64,000 bases of DNA, from assembly GCA_964016885.1 (NCBI GenBank), contig OZ024746.1:18290001-18354000 (forward strand), in the 5' to 3' direction. Below the pieces are notes generated by a model. That model was given only the letters and a program-made list of their open reading frames with translations. It searched no databases and had not been told where the DNA came from. Origin of the DNA: Eledone cirrhosa (Eukaryota). Position numbers and translations under genes: made by a program. Below, piece by piece: positions 27,372 to 41,957 of this stretch; position 1 is the first letter of the stretch; the number at the start of each line of letters is the position of its first letter.

Positions 27372-28403
27372 CGGTGGAATATATTTTACAACAGTATATA
27401 TTGGGGTGGTGGAGTACATTTTACAACAGTATATATTGGGGTGGTGGAGTACATTTTACAGCAGTATATATTGGGGTGGTGGAGTACATTTTACAACAGT
27501 ATATATTGGGGCAGTGGAGTACATTTTACAGCAGTATACATTGGGGTGGTGGAGTACATTTTACAGCAGTATACATTGGGGTGGTGGAGTACATTTTACA
27601 GCAGTATATATTGTGATGGTGGAGTACATTTTACAGCAGTATATATTGTGATGGTGGAGTATATTTTACAACAGTATATATTGGGGCAGTGGAGTACATT
27701 TTACAGCAGTATATATTGGGGCAGTGGAGTATATTTTACAGCAGTATATATTGGGGCAGTGGAATATATTTTACAGCAGTATATATTGGGGCAGTGGAGT
27801 ATATTTTACAGCAGTATATATTGGGGCAGTGGAGTATATTTTACAGCAGTATATATTGGGGCAGTGGAGTATATTTTACAGCAGTATATATTGGGGCAGT
27901 GGAGTATATTTTACAGCAGTATATATTGGGGCAGTGGAGTATATTTTACAGCAGTATATATTGGGGCAGTGGAGTATATTTTACAGCAGTATATATTGGG
28001 GCAGTGGAGTATATTTTACAGCAGTATATATTGGGGCAGTGGAGTATATTTTACAGCAGTATATATTGGGGCAGTGGAGTATATTTTACAGCAGTATATA
28101 TTGGGGCAGTGGAGTATATTTTACAGCAGTATATATTGGGGCAGTGGAGTATATTTTACAGCAGTATATATTGGGGCGGTGGAGTATATTTTACAGCAGT
28201 ATATATTGTGATGGTGGAGTATATTTTACAGCAGTATATATTGGGGCGGTGGAATATATTTTACAGCAGTATATATTGTGATGGTGGAGTATATTTTACA
28301 GCAGTATATATTGGGGCGGTGGAATATATTTTACAGCAGTATATATTGGGGCGGTGGAATATATTTTACAGCAGTATATATTGGGGCGGTGGAATATATT
28401 TTA
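27372..28403. repeat. 35-bp minisatellite, about 29 copies
   Basis: unit gtggagtatattttacagcagtatatattggggca; homogeneous centre, variant units at the edges. Confidence 0.97.
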
Positions 28404-28484
28404 GACCTGTATATACAGATATTAGGACAATATACACTTCTTCCATTCATGGATCTTTAAAATATGTGATGAAAAGAATAATTA

Positions 28485-28661
28485 CCATATATACTCAAAT
28501 ATAAGCTGATCCGAATATAAGCTAAATAATCCAAACCCCATTTATAATCCAAGGCAGCTAATCAACACATTGTTTAGATGGTGTATATAATTCCCACTTC
28601 CCCATTTCACCATAAATCTTTTGGTCACATATTCCATCACTTATAGTCGAGTAATATATGG
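28485..28661. mobile_element. pogo-like MITE
   Basis: TA flanks; TIR ccatatatactc / gagtaatatatgg; internal repeated aatataagct. Confidence 0.6.
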
Positions 28662-29337
28662 TAAATACAACAAAAAAAAAAAGAGAAAAAAGGAATATCT
28701 AATGAAGAAAATATAAAACCCTATATTTCACCAATTAATAACCTTTCACATATAAAATAGCCACAATGAAACTTGTTATCTATGGCATTAAAAAGGGAAA
28801 ACTGACTCCGAGCATACACTGAGAGAATATAACTAATATGCAATTAACATACAACATATAATCAACTAGTATTATTGGGAGATCCCTTCAGTTTGTGTAA
28901 AAAGACAACAACTTCTCTGTACTCAATAGAACATAAGCAGAATGCAGACCCTTTGGTCCGTCTAGGAAGTCAGTAGCCCCACCTCAGTACTGACTTGGTC
29001 TATGTAGAGCCATCCAACCCTTGCTAGCAGGGAAAGTGGACGTTAAATGATGATGATTAAGCCATTCTAGTGGTAACTTTTTTCAGATAATCATAAAATT
29101 GTTAAAACCTTAGCAGCACTTATGTGAGTAAAGTATTGAACTAGATAGATATAGCTTGATTGACAAGATACCAGCCTTCATTTGCTTACTGGGTGGGGGT
29201 GGAACTCATCAAAACAGACCAAGGAAACAATGTTTCTATTAGTATTTTCATTGCTGATACTATCTACCAGTTGCAACTACTTACAAATTTTCAGGAAAAA
29301 TCAAATTTGTGTGCATACAAGAGAAGAGTCAACTTAC

Positions 29338-30139
29338 CAGAATCTTTAATAGTCTCACAAGGATAATAGGTGGGTGTGTGAGCTTCACCAGATTTCTCTT
29401 TAAATACTTTCACACGATTGTCAAAGACCTTCAAATAAGGATCTGGACTTTCCCATTGGGAAAGAATTTTATTGTCAATAAGTGTTGTGAACATTTGTGT
29501 TTCTATAAATGGTGAAAGAAATGGTAAATAAGCTTCAGGCTGATCACTTAAGAATGCAGCTTTGTCAAAGTTTTGCATAATTTCACGATTGCTCAGCCAT
29601 TGTTCCAGGTTTTGAGAAGATGGAATGACGAATGATTCATACGAACAGAACATATGTACAAAACGATTGAGAAATACTTCACGTACGGCATTATTAAATT
29701 TGTGCTCAATCAGTTCTCTTTGAGGCATAACAGACACATCTTTAGTTAATGTTTGACTCATGGCATCTTTGTTTCGGTTGTTGCCAGAAGGATCATCGAA
29801 GGAATTCCAAACACCAGCTTTTTTGGCTAATGTCGAGATTTTAACCCAAGCTTCACTATTCTGTAACATTTCCCATTTCTTTTCAGGGGATGTGTTCCAG
29901 CTATGTTGGTCACTAAATAAGGAGGAGGTACTTTGTTTACGTTGCCCCCCTTTTCGAGAACCATACAGAAGCTTTCGATCAAGGCTCTGACTTGTATAAC
30001 TGTCCTTACTAAATTCACTACGGTAGAGAGACAATAAAGCAGATAATTCCAATATCATATCTTTCTGGTGTGGAAATAATGGTAAATCCTCTGGAATCTC
30101 AACAGTATTATCATCAATATCCACAAAACACATGCTCGC
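29338..30139 (-). CDS. DENND5: DENND5 exon (end of cDENN plus dDENN)
   Basis: ttgtag/gtaagt; ASMCFVDIDDN...VREVFLNRF...QNFDKAAFLSDQPEAYLPFLSPFIETQMFTTLIDNKI; 802 nt, phase 0 to 1. Confidence 0.96.
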
Positions 30140-31123
30140 CTACAAAAATAAGAAACATCAATAGTTTAATTGAAATTAAGTAACTTTGATTATATTTTAA
30201 TTAATTATATTAAACAATATTAGATTATATTATAACTTGTACTTTGTGGTAGATTTAATCGACTGTGCCTTCCCTAAAAAATTGTTGGCCTTGTGCCTAA
30301 ATCAGAAACCATTCTTAAGTAACTTTTCTTTTCTTTAAAAAATTGACAATATCCCAGACCTCATTCATTTAACAAGTGGGGTGGAACTCATCAGATTAGA
30401 CCAAGGAAACAATGTTTCCATTAGTCTTTCCATTAATAGAAAGTAATATGACAAGATCCCAGGCCTCATTCGCTTACTGAATGAGATGGACCTCGTCAAA
30501 TTAGACCAAGGAAACAATTTTTCCCTTGGTCTTTCCATTGCTGATACTATCTACTGGCAGAAGATTTTTAAGGAGGTTAGAGTATGATTTAAGAGAGATT
30601 TAGCTGCTAATTCTAGATCAAGCAAACATCTAGCTCAAAGTAAGCCATATCATGGCTCTCCATAATTAAAACTTTATATCTAAGTACTACTTGGTAAAAC
30701 TAATAACAATCAACGTGGGGAGAAAGAACCCTTTATAATAGTTATTTATTCTTGCCAAAGGTTTGCCAAATGAAAACATGTACTACATATCTTCTCCTTT
30801 TATACATCTGTTACTGGTGCCATGATGAAGTTCCTCCTCCAGCTCACCCTGTCCAGCATTGCCCTCTGAATTTCCCCTGCCTCCAGCCCGGTGTCATCTT
30901 CAAGATTCAAGATCATACTTCAGTGTAATGGTTGATCTCAACACATCTGCACACATCAGGTTTCCAGAAGAGAATTCTGCCAGCAGGTTCATTCTGATGT
31001 TTCAGATGTCTGGCTAATGTGACCCTCCTATGCCTTATGATGTAAGAAAGGCACATATTGAATTGTAATAGGGATATAGTTAATCAAGAGAGCTGGTATT
31101 CATGTGAATTAGTATCACCTTAC

Positions 31124-31308
31124 CTCACTAGGAAGTTTCAATTCTGATCTGTCTTCTTGCCCATGATGAAGACCCATGATGAAAGGTACAGGTGCATCAA
31201 GAAAATGAGACAGTGATGCAGGTAAAATAGGAACATAAACATGCTGCCAAGTAAATGGGAAAACAAGGGTGCAGAGTGCTTCAGCCACAAGCATCAGTCT
31301 CTGGTAGT
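31124..31308 (-). CDS. DENND5: DENND5 exon (cDENN)
   Basis: tttcag/gtaagg; [47 protein letters not shown] is the canonical DENN motif; 185 nt, phase 1 to 0. Confidence 0.96.
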
Positions 31309-32691
31309 CTGAAACACAGAAATATTTATTATTTAGGCTACTCACATAATTTGTAACATAAGAGAGGAAAGAAAGTAATTTGATGTAATTTTGAAAACAG
31401 TTGTGAAGAAGACAAATAATTAAGACTATTTCTCAGTAATCAAAGTAATATAAAATACAAGTTTAATATATTTTCTTCGTGAATTATATATATATACAGG
31501 GCTGGGAGGACCCTTCAGTTTTGTCAAGGTCATGACAGCCTCTCTAGTGTTGGTGATCTATATGATAAATGCACCCAATACATGTTGTAAAGTGGTTAGT
31601 GATAGGAAGGGCATCCAGCTGTAGAAAGCTTGCCAAACAAAGAGTTGGGAGGACTCTTCAGTTATGTCAAGGACATGATCTCTGCAGTGTACTCGGTAGA
31701 ATGTGCAAGATGATAATACCAGGCCTGTATGGGAGATCAATAGCCCTGCTTCAGTACTGACTTGATCTATGTAGACCCATCCAACTCTTGCTAGCAGGGG
31801 AAAGCAATCGTTAAAATGATGATGATGACATTATAAACATATCATATGTACCTTCATATACACTTCTATTATGAAACACACTATGTTAGTGCTACTGCTA
31901 ATTAATCTTAGTCCAGTCAAGCATGCACTATATGCAAATGAACCTCTCGAGGATATAAGCTATACATTATATTTCTCTCAGTACCAAGTGTATAAATGTA
32001 ACTGAATATGGATAAAAATCTTGAAACACTACTGTCTGGTATTCTCACATGGTTACTGAAATAGCTATGATGTATGAACACAGATGGAAACATTCATAGC
32101 AAGACTCATCAATGTTTATAATACATATCATACCTGTTTCCATAAACACCTCTATTTATATACACACACGCACATACACACACATGTATATTCTTCTTGT
32201 TAAACCTCCATTGCTTCTGATTCACTGTCTAAGAGAACTTAGTTTTACACAGCTTGCATGAGTTTTTAGTCTTAAAATATATTGAAACAAATAAAAACAT
32301 AAAACCGATATCAATTTCTGAACAACCCGATACTTTTTTTGTCAGATTAGAGAAAAATTGATCCTGTAAACAGACACATATAAAGTCTGTCTCGAGCCCA
32401 GAGGTTTATCAGGCCAGTGCTTATCTGGGTTTCTGTGGCGTTAAGTGACTGAGAGGACAAGACTCCCCGCTGGACAGGACACCAGTCCATTGTAGGGTTA
32501 AACGCCCAGCTATTGATAGTACTTATTTTCAACTGAGTAAACTGGAGCAACATGAAATGAAATGTTTTGCTCAAGAACACAACACACAACCCTGTCCAGG
32601 ATTCAAACCCACAACATTATGATCATAAGTCCAACACCCTTACCATTAGGCCATGTGACTCCACTATAAATACATACATATAAATACGTAC

Positions 32692-32817
32692 CTGAAGAGT
32701 AAAAGAGGACTTGATGTTCAAGTAAGATACTGCGAAATACTCTCAAAATATTTCTGGAATCTAATAATTGAAAGAGTTCCCAGACAGAGAAGTCAAATAA
32801 TGGTAATTCCTTCATAC
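32692..32817 (-). CDS. DENND5: DENND5 exon (cDENN)
   Basis: tttcag/gtacgt; MKELPLFDFSVWELFQLL...ILLEHQVLFYSS; 126 nt, phase 1 to 1. Confidence 0.93.
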
Positions 32818-33370
32818 CTGAAACAATGAGAAGACACAATATTATTATAATTATCTCACATTGACACAAGACATAATACGTATTTCACTGATCCAGAATT
32901 ATTAAAATCAATATCTACCAAAGTAGAATTTGAACTCAGACCCTTAAGTAGACAAAAATTCAATTACAAGTTGTTTAATGAATCACTACATTCTTCATCT
33001 TCTTCTTCTTCACACTTATTCCTATGAGGGTGATGGAGGCAGGTACTCATTCCTTCCGGTGGGTGTGATTACAATTATGATTATATAGGAATGTCAACTG
33101 AAAAGTTCATAGGCTGACTATGAAGGATTTATGCTAGAGCTGTGAAATCTCACATGCATTAATTTCGACTCTTCTTCTTAATAACTGAATTGTTTCTTTC
33201 CAGGGATTATGTTGAAAAATAAACCTCATTTGGGCATTCCATGAGAGTACCTTGGTCAGCCTATGAACTTTTCAGCAATATTTATCAGAATGCTGTTGAA
33301 GTATGTATACATTTTTGGGGGACACCCTGTATATATACTTGTGCAAAAAAAGTAAAAACAAACAACTTAC

Positions 33371-33902
33371 TAGGTCTTTGGCAAAAAATTGGTAATGATG
33401 TTCCATAGAACTTCATGCTTCGGCCAGGTGGAGGTAACGGCACTTCATATAGGACATTATAGACATAACATTCCAGAGGGAGTTTTTCCTTTTGGGTAGT
33501 GACAGCTTCATGAAGTTGTTTGAGAAACTGATGAGTGGATGAGACAAACGGTAGCTGTGATATTAATGCAATGCCTTTAGTGACAAACAATTTATCATTG
33601 TTTATATCGTAGATGGTGTGGGGTCGCGGCCTAGACTTTCGCATTGTCATAGGACTTTGATCGAAAGTAGACTCCAGTTCAGGATAAAGTGTACGTGATT
33701 GGTCATTGCTCAACTCGGCATGGTGCATTGCTTGCAATGTCTGCATTGCAGCACAGATTTGTTCATTCTCAACTTCTTCATAAAACACATACACAGCTCC
33801 ATATGTTCGGGAACCATCCTCTTTAGTAATCATAAAAGAATGAAAGTGAGGAGATTTCTGTTGACTTTGAGTTCGGAATGATAAACCTTTCGGAAGGCAA
33901 AG
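33371..33902 (-). CDS. DENND5: DENND5 exon (uDENN/cDENN)
   Basis: tttcag/gtaagt; LCLPKGLSFRTQ...FHSFMITKEDGSRTYG...LYEVPLPPPGRSMKF...CQRP; 532 nt, phase 0 to 1. Confidence 0.95.
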
Positions 33903-35250
33903 CTGAAATAAATATACAAAAGTATTAAAAATTTTCGAAAATTTTATTAAACCAAATTAATTACAAAAACAAAGAAAAAAAGAAATGGAAATAGATTTTC
34001 GATAGTTTTTTTTAATACAATGTTTTGTTTCAAATATATTTCCCTTTGAACAAAGTCTGATGTTTATTAAGATTTCTTATTTTATTCCTCATTATTAAAT
34101 GATACAAAGAATGATGTACTCATGCATGGAGATGCTATAAAATAGCTCATAAAATAAGGTGAAGACTATTAAAGACGGAAAAAGAAGTTGCAAGAAAAGA
34201 CGGAAAAAGAAGTTGTAGGGCTTTAAAGGCTATTTAAAGAAAGAAGAGATTGCCATCAGCCACTATGAGGCAGCGAACCCCATACCTCCCCAATACTGGC
34301 TAGGTGCTTTAAACTATTAAGACATAACTCTTATTGTCTTGAATTGGTCAGCTGAATCACAGCCTTTAAATGTCAACAAACATTTTATATACGTAGCTGA
34401 TTTCTCAGACTTTTATGAAGCACTGAGGGGATAATGTTAATATAAAGAGTGGTGTGTTCATGTGTGGAGATGTTATAAAATAGGGTGAAGACTGATAAAG
34501 ACAGAAAAAGAAGTTATCGGCCACTATGAAGAATCAAACCCTATACCTCCCAGGTACTGGCTAGGTGCTTTAAACCATTAACCATACAATTTTTGATGAA
34601 ATATTAAACAGCAGAAGGAAAAGTTAAAATGTTAAATATTAGGTAGAATAAGTGAAAATTTGAATTGAGTATATGGGAAGAGAATAAAGTTATTTCATTC
34701 AAATATACTCATGCTTCTGGAAGTAAATCTGTCGTCACCATATATATATAGAGAGAGAGGGGGGGGACAACTCATTTTTGCTAGCTGAGTTAACTGGAGC
34801 AACATGAAATAAAGTGTCTTGCTGAAGGATACAACATGCTGTTGGGAATCGAACTCACGCCTTACAATCATGAGCCATGCTGTAGACTGCTGCAATTACA
34901 TTCAATACTGTCTAGCATTACAGTCAGCACAATGAATGAATAACATTTACAAAGTGAATAACAATAATTTAAGCTTGAAGAGTTGTTTAAATGGAAAGTG
35001 ATAGCGAGAATCACTCCTGATAAGGATGTTTATCTTTTTAAATTGAGGCAATTATGAATCTATTTCCTATTGTTCTGACTTTAAATACTATTACAAAACC
35101 ATTAACAATAACAATAATAATGAAAGACTGCCAGAAACAAAAATATACTGGAATGCTAAGAGATACTAAATACATTAACTACTCCATTTTAAATTGTAGT
35201 CTTATAAAATTTGCTCAGTTATTACTGGAATGTTCACTCTGAACTGGATA

Positions 35251-35548
35251 TATTGGGTTGGAGAGAAGGTTTCTGTCGTTTTTCAAAAGGAGGTATTTTG
35301 GTAGAGTTTTCTGGAAATGTTGACAGTTGCACCTATATAAGAAGTGACGCTGGTATGCACTATGTGCATTACTCATTTTCTGTTACGCCATCAAAGGTGA
35401 AGCAACATGGATCTATCCAAATCGTTTATTTGTCGCTGTTCACTTTATGACTTCAAATCTGGCCCAAGTGCAGCAGTATCGAGTCATCACATTAACAATG
35501 CATTTGGATCACACACCATGTCTGAACGCAGTGCCAGGGACTGGTTCA
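35251..35548 (+). mobile_element. mariner transposon 5' fragment
   Basis: tattgggttgg terminus; ORF at 35407 MDLSKSFICRCSLYDFKSGPSAAVSSHHINNAFGSHTMSERSARDWF resembles mariner transposase N-terminal HTH. Confidence 0.8.
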
Positions 35549-38069
35549 CTTCCCAAGCATCATACAATCTACCCATTACTTATCCATAGAAAATCCATTT
35601 GTTGTTAACAGAGGAAGTAGCTCCCTAAACTTTATCCATCCTTTTCTGTACAAAAATACTGTACCACACTAGCTACTATGATTTCAGAACAAACCCCTCC
35701 ACTGCTAATTAGGTCACCTAAGTAACAGAAACTGTCAATTATTCCTGAGAATGGTTCATTTCACCACTGCTTTTACAAGCAAAGTCTATATTTTTTGTAC
35801 CCATACATTGTGCACATCAAATCTCGCTGATGTCAACTCTCCCTGATGTCAACTCTCCCTGTGATCCATTCAAGGTCAATAAAAAAAAAAAGTACCAGTC
35901 TAGTGCTGGGGGTCAATTTTTTCTCTATATCATTTTCTCACTTTCATTCTCTCACTCCCTAGCCTTCTCTGGAAGAAATCTGCTATATTCAGACCTGGAG
36001 AGGAGATGGGCTCTGCCAGGTTTTTAAAAAGTGCCATAGAAATGCTGTATATTAATACAGCACCCCTATGACTTTATCAGGAGTTACGGGGCCTTGCATC
36101 CATGCATATAACCCTGAGTTGTAATATTTGAGATGTTTACCATTTAAAAGATCTTTTCTAACAACATTGTAAGTAGCTTGCATCAATGAATCTCTTTAAT
36201 TAGCCTAATTCTTTGTCAATGTTCCACACCACATCCTTTCTTCAATCTTTTTTTATATTGATATGGTTGATATAGCAGAAAGCATTTCAATTGTGATGAA
36301 CAAAAATACTATACCACACTCACAATGAAAACATTAATGCAAATTAAAGAGATTCTTATCTGTGACTATGACTATTTTGATCAGCCTGTTGTGGGTTATA
36401 AGGACAAACATTTTACTAGGGTCTGAAAAATACCAGATTGGTGATTAACACAAATAAGAACACCAAAATTACAATATGGTAAGAGGTGACAAAAAGAAGC
36501 ATACTGCATCGGCCTTTGCACAGGTTAACAAAGGAGGTAGAGGGGCCTGTTCAAAAAATATATTACTGACACCATTCCATGCTGTAAACACTGGTGATAG
36601 GCCTGCCCCAGGAGGCATGGGATGGATGCACAAAGATTGCATATCCTGAGACCCCAAAGTGGGTTCAGGAAGGAGCAAACCATAACAATTTAAACATCAG
36701 CAGCAAAATATTTTTATCGTTCTTGCAGTCTAGTTTTGCACATTTATTCGTGTATAGAGTAACTACCACTGTATCTTATAGATCATGTAGCATTTCTCTC
36801 TTTATCAAACAATAAATAATACGAGCCAGTCAAACTTCTAAGTTAATGATTGAATCAATTAACAAGATCCCAGACCTCATTTGCTTAACGAGTAAGGTGG
36901 AACTCGTCAAATTTGAGCAAGGAAACAATGTTGGACTTCAATTAATGGGGGTAGTATTAGAGAGAATAGATAAATATGCAGGTAAAAAGAAAGAGACAGG
37001 AGTGAGATTTGTTTTGTATATAGATTTAAAAAAGGAGAGAAATGGGTAATTGTAGTTCTTCAAACTGATGACCACATTCTGACCCTTTACAGTAAGTTTG
37101 TTGTTGTTGCTCAACTACTGAAATATATTTGTAGCTATAAACAGATCCTCTTGTAATCTACAGAATATATTTACTTTACTTCAGGAAACATCTATTGAAA
37201 TAGTCAAAATCTAAGGTTTGAATAGGTTTAAACAAATATAAATGTATAGACTTATTCCTAATTTGATTTCATTGTACTCGGTATAAAAATAATCAACAAC
37301 TTTCTGATGTCTGGAATACCACCACCACCACCCACACACCTATTTTATATTCTTGTAAATCTTAATGGAGTTATTCATATGCATACATAAATATACCAAT
37401 TAACTAGACTTTACATGTTGGAAAATAGACAAAATTATATGATTCACGAATATAGACGAACCAACGACAAATAATTCTATTGGATGATTAACCAGTACTA
37501 AAATAGATGCTTCATTGTTATTTCACAGAAACCTATAAAAATATAATTAGCAAATGCAACCAAAAGATAAAATAGCTAAAAGCTAAATTTGAGGTTATAA
37601 TAAGCTTCAAAAAGTAAAACAAACAATTGATAAAGGATATACAAGTGCAAAACAATTTCAATCACTTTATATTCCTTCAGACTAAGCAATCAATAATTTT
37701 TCAAGCTTGATCTTGCCTCACTCATAATTATACAAGCAATGATTTGTTGTTTCAAAAATCATTCTAACAAACACTATTTCTTCATAAATTCTCAACTTGT
37801 TTATAAACGTTACTGATTAATAAGAAATAAAAATAATCAATAGTGGGCTTCTTTGGCAATAGAAACAATTGAACAAGAAATTAAATTTCAAAGAAAGTAT
37901 AGCCAGTTGTTTTGTCTCATGTTGGATTTGATTGAGCAAACCTATGATCAAAAATGAAGCTGTGTGGTTTAGTGGTTAGTGAATTGGATTCACAATCATG
38001 AGATTGTCAGTTCAATTCCCGGACCAAGCGATGTGTTAAGTCTTTGAGCAAAACACTCACTTTATTTAA

Positions 38070-38276
38070 CCCTTTAGCATTCACATTACTCTATATATAC
38101 TATTATATTTTCATGGTAAAGGCTTTACCTCACATAATATCTCACATAATATCGAATCTGAGATTTTGAAAGTATTTATTTTGAGAACAATACCTTAACA
38201 TCAGTTTGAGCAACTAGTTACAGCCAGTTTCAACAGAAAGAGGTAGAGAATTCTGGCCGGTTTGAACATTAAAGGG
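38070..38276. mobile_element. piggyBac-like MITE nested in a family B SINE
   Basis: TTAA on both sides (38066-69, 38277-80); termini ccctttagcattca / tgaacattaaaggg. Confidence 0.75.
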
Positions 38277-40350
38277 TTAATGTTGCTCTCGGTAGATAGT
38301 ATCAGCAATGGAAAGACCAATGGAAACATTGTTTTCTTTGGTCAGATTTGACAAGTTCCACCCCACTTGGTAAGCAAATGAGGTCTGGGGATATGTTGAC
38401 CAATGATCGAAAGCATAGGTCATGTTTTGTTTTCAGGAATCATGCACCCTAGACTACAATATCCAACAATTCTGTTTTTAATATGATATGGTACTATGTC
38501 TTATTATGTAGATATCAAAGAGACAGGATTCAGTTAATGTGTTCAAGTTAGAGTTGACAATACATGTTTCATGCTTGTGGCAATGGAGACTTCCGGCATT
38601 CTTGGTCCCCAGACCACATCCCTGCTCCAGGCCAATGTCTTCACCATCGTATCCACTGGGACCACAAGGCAGACTGACCCTAAAGTTTCATTTCATTTAT
38701 GGTTGTAGCATGTGCAATAAATTTAATTAAGTAGTGAGAATAAAAGTAAAAAATATTATTCCGCAGTTTATGCACCCAATCCATGCTATAAAGTGGATGG
38801 CAATAGGAAGGGAATCCAGCCAGTAAAACCTTGCCAAAACTATGCAAGGTACAACATAAATAGGACTAACACTGGCTATGTTAATGCTACAAAGGTGCTG
38901 AGGGTTGGTATGCCTGAGCTGGGCTGTGGGGTGTGCTCCTGCTAGCCTACAATTGGGCTCAAATAAGTTGTGTTTATCACCTTTGCAGGCCAAACTCCCT
39001 CCCATGTCACTCCCCCCCCCCCCCCCGTCACGGCACTGGCTCCACCAAACTGGGTTGGGTGTGAAAGCAAGAGATCGGCACTATAACCGATGGAATGCTT
39101 GGATTACACTATCCTAAAATGTATATACTTGCATCTGGGCACAGCTTGTGGAACCAATCAGCCGAAGAAACTCCATTTCCATGAACTTACACTGTGAATT
39201 CCTTTGATGGAGTCGGCTTAACCCACTCTGAATGAACACCACCATAAGTACAAGCACAAATAAGTACAAAGGAATGTGACAAGTGGGGTGATACTGTACT
39301 GAGAAAGACCAGTCTAACCCATGCAAGTGTAGAACAAGTGATGATGATGATGATGTCTACTTAAGTGCTAGTGTCATAATTATTTATAAGCTGCAAGTAT
39401 TATATCAGCTCCAAAATGTTTTTTCCATATATATTAATGTGATTTGTTTTATACCCAAACAAACCTCTTTGAAAACAACATTTTTCAAACAATTAACTAG
39501 CTTCTAGTATTGTCCTCATACTATTGTTTGTTTAGAACTATTTTTTTATGTGTTTTAAATTCAATAGTGAGTGTGAATTTACAATTTACATTTCTAAATA
39601 TATATATATATAGATTATAGGACTTAAAAAGGCATGTAGCTTAGTGGTTAGAGGGTTAGATTCACAAGCATGAGGTTGTGAGTTTGATTCCCAGACCAGG
39701 TGATGTATTATGTCCTTGAGCAAGACATTTTATTTCCTATTGCTCCTTCTGCCAGGAGTCGTGACTGGTAGATAGTATTAGTAATTGGAAGGAAAGACCA
39801 ATGGAAACATTGTTTCCTTGGTCTGATCTGACAAGTTCCACCCAACTCAGTAAGCGAATGAGGTCTTTAAAAAAAAACCCAGAAAATAATTGGAGTTATC
39901 TAAATGAATTGATTAGCAAATTTAGTTGCATAGCTGTAGGGAAATAAATAGACTAGAATCAAGAAACAATTAATTGGATCAACATTTGTACATGGTAGGA
40001 ATTAATATAAACAAATAACAGTTTAAGGAGATGGTTAAAGAGGATTACGCATAATAGTAACAACAAATTGTTGGATACAAATATCTTCTCATGCCTAAAG
40101 TGTATCTGAAACACTAAAAAAAATGGCTAATTTATAAGTTAATAACAATGAGCAAATTTTTTTTTATTGAACAATTGAAACACTTATCACTGAAACCGAC
40201 TGACAACCATTTTATTTTTCAATAATTTCTTCTTAATGCAGTTTCATGCAGTACAAGACATTAAGAATTAAGCAGTCATTTCACGCAAAACCATGTTTAA
40301 TGTATGAAACACACCAGAAAAAGAAAAATTAATGAAGCTTTTGAACTTAC

Positions 40351-40460
40351 CATTCCAACTGCTTCTTTGTCGAATGGATTCCATGGCACAGTTTCAGGAT
40401 AATGTGCTAAAACTTTGGATTTGTATGGCCTTCTCAATGGTGCACAGTGAAGGTTATCTC
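40351..40460 (-). CDS. DENND5: DENND5-family exon (uDENN start), first exon found in window
   Basis: ctctag acceptor and gtaagt donor; translates (G)DNLHCAPLRRPYKSKVLAHYPETVPWNPFDKEAVGM, resembling vertebrate DENND5 [24 protein letters not shown] as recalled; 110 nt, phase 1 to 0. Confidence 0.93.
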
Positions 40461-41957
40461 CTAGAGGGTGAAAATAAACAATTTATGTGAAAACATTTAA
40501 GATAAAATGATTATCGATGATAATCTTAAAATATGCAGACAGACCATCTTACGTCGTCACCGTTTAACATCCATTTTCTCATGCTAGCACGAGTTAGACA
40601 AGTTGTCCCAATGTGAGAGATGCAGAAGACAGACCAACTTATATAACATGATGATCCGAATCGACAAGATCCCAGACCTCATTCACTTACCAAGTGGGGT
40701 GGAACTCATTAGATCAGACCAAGGAAACAATGTTTCCATTGGTCTTTCCAATTGTTGATAAGATCTACCAGTCACAACTCCTGGTAGAAGGAGTTGTGTG
40801 AAATAAAGTGTCTTGCTCAAGGACATAATGCATCACCCAGCTCGGGAATCAAACTCACAACCTCCCATTTGTGAGACTGATTCTCTAACCACTAAGCCAC
40901 ACACCTTCACTTACATAAACAAAACCAAAATATATACATTTCTATAAAAGAACATGACGGATTTATATGGCTACCAACTTAAGGTTTTAACTGAAATGTG
41001 TTATTTGAAACAATACTATAATGCTAACAGGAGTAATTACTTTTAAGGAATTAAAAATCTGCACCAGATGATTATAGTTGATAATTTGTGATCAATAATC
41101 CTAAAATAACTCAACACGGAGATATTTCATCTCTCAGAGAATTAATTGATAATTAATAATTTATTGAAGAATGAATGGAACTAGATCAAAGTATCTGTGC
41201 CCTTTATTTTATAGCCTATTAAGAACTAACTATTCAATAGCTTGAATTATAGATATTTAAAATCAGTATGGATGTTTCCTGCAACACATGGACAGATAAT
41301 CAAGTGGTAATGATCAAGTCATGTATGTATGGCATGGTCCTGTAACTCCTGTTGGAGTCATAGAGATGCCAGAGTGGTATACAGCATTTCTCAGGCATTT
41401 TTAAAGCCTGGCAGAGCCCATCTCCTCTCCATGTCTGAATATAGCAGATTTCTTCCAGAGAGGGATAGAAAGTAAGAGAAAGAAAGTGAGAAATGAGATA
41501 TAGAGAAAGAATTAACCCCAATACTTCACTGGTACTTTTTTATCAACCTTGAAAAGATGAAAGACAAAGTTGACCTCAGCGGGATTTGAACTCAGAGAGC
41601 AGAGAGCTGAAACAAATACCACAAAGCATTCTATCTGACATTCTAATGACTGCCAATTCACCGACTTCGGCTCTCTGGAGAGTTTCTTAACACTATTCAA
41701 AAATAATTAAATTCTACAGAAGAACAAACAAATTCAATACTACTTAACTGACATTTTAATATATCCTCTTTACAGAACTAAAGCAAATATGTCTTATAAA
41801 ACCTCCAACCTTGAGATTTCATAGTTGAAACAGATGAATTTATGTCTAATGAGTAGGGCATCCAGCTATAGAAAGCTTGTCAAACAAAGGGTTTGGAGGA
41901 CCCTTTATTAGGACACCCTCTCTAGTGCTGGTGATCTACACAATAAAAGCACCCAGT

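Noticed and set aside
27303-28504. Repetitive ORFs and CRISPR-like periodicity
   Set aside because: Head-to-tail 35-bp minisatellite without unique spacers, in a eukaryotic intron with no cas genes.
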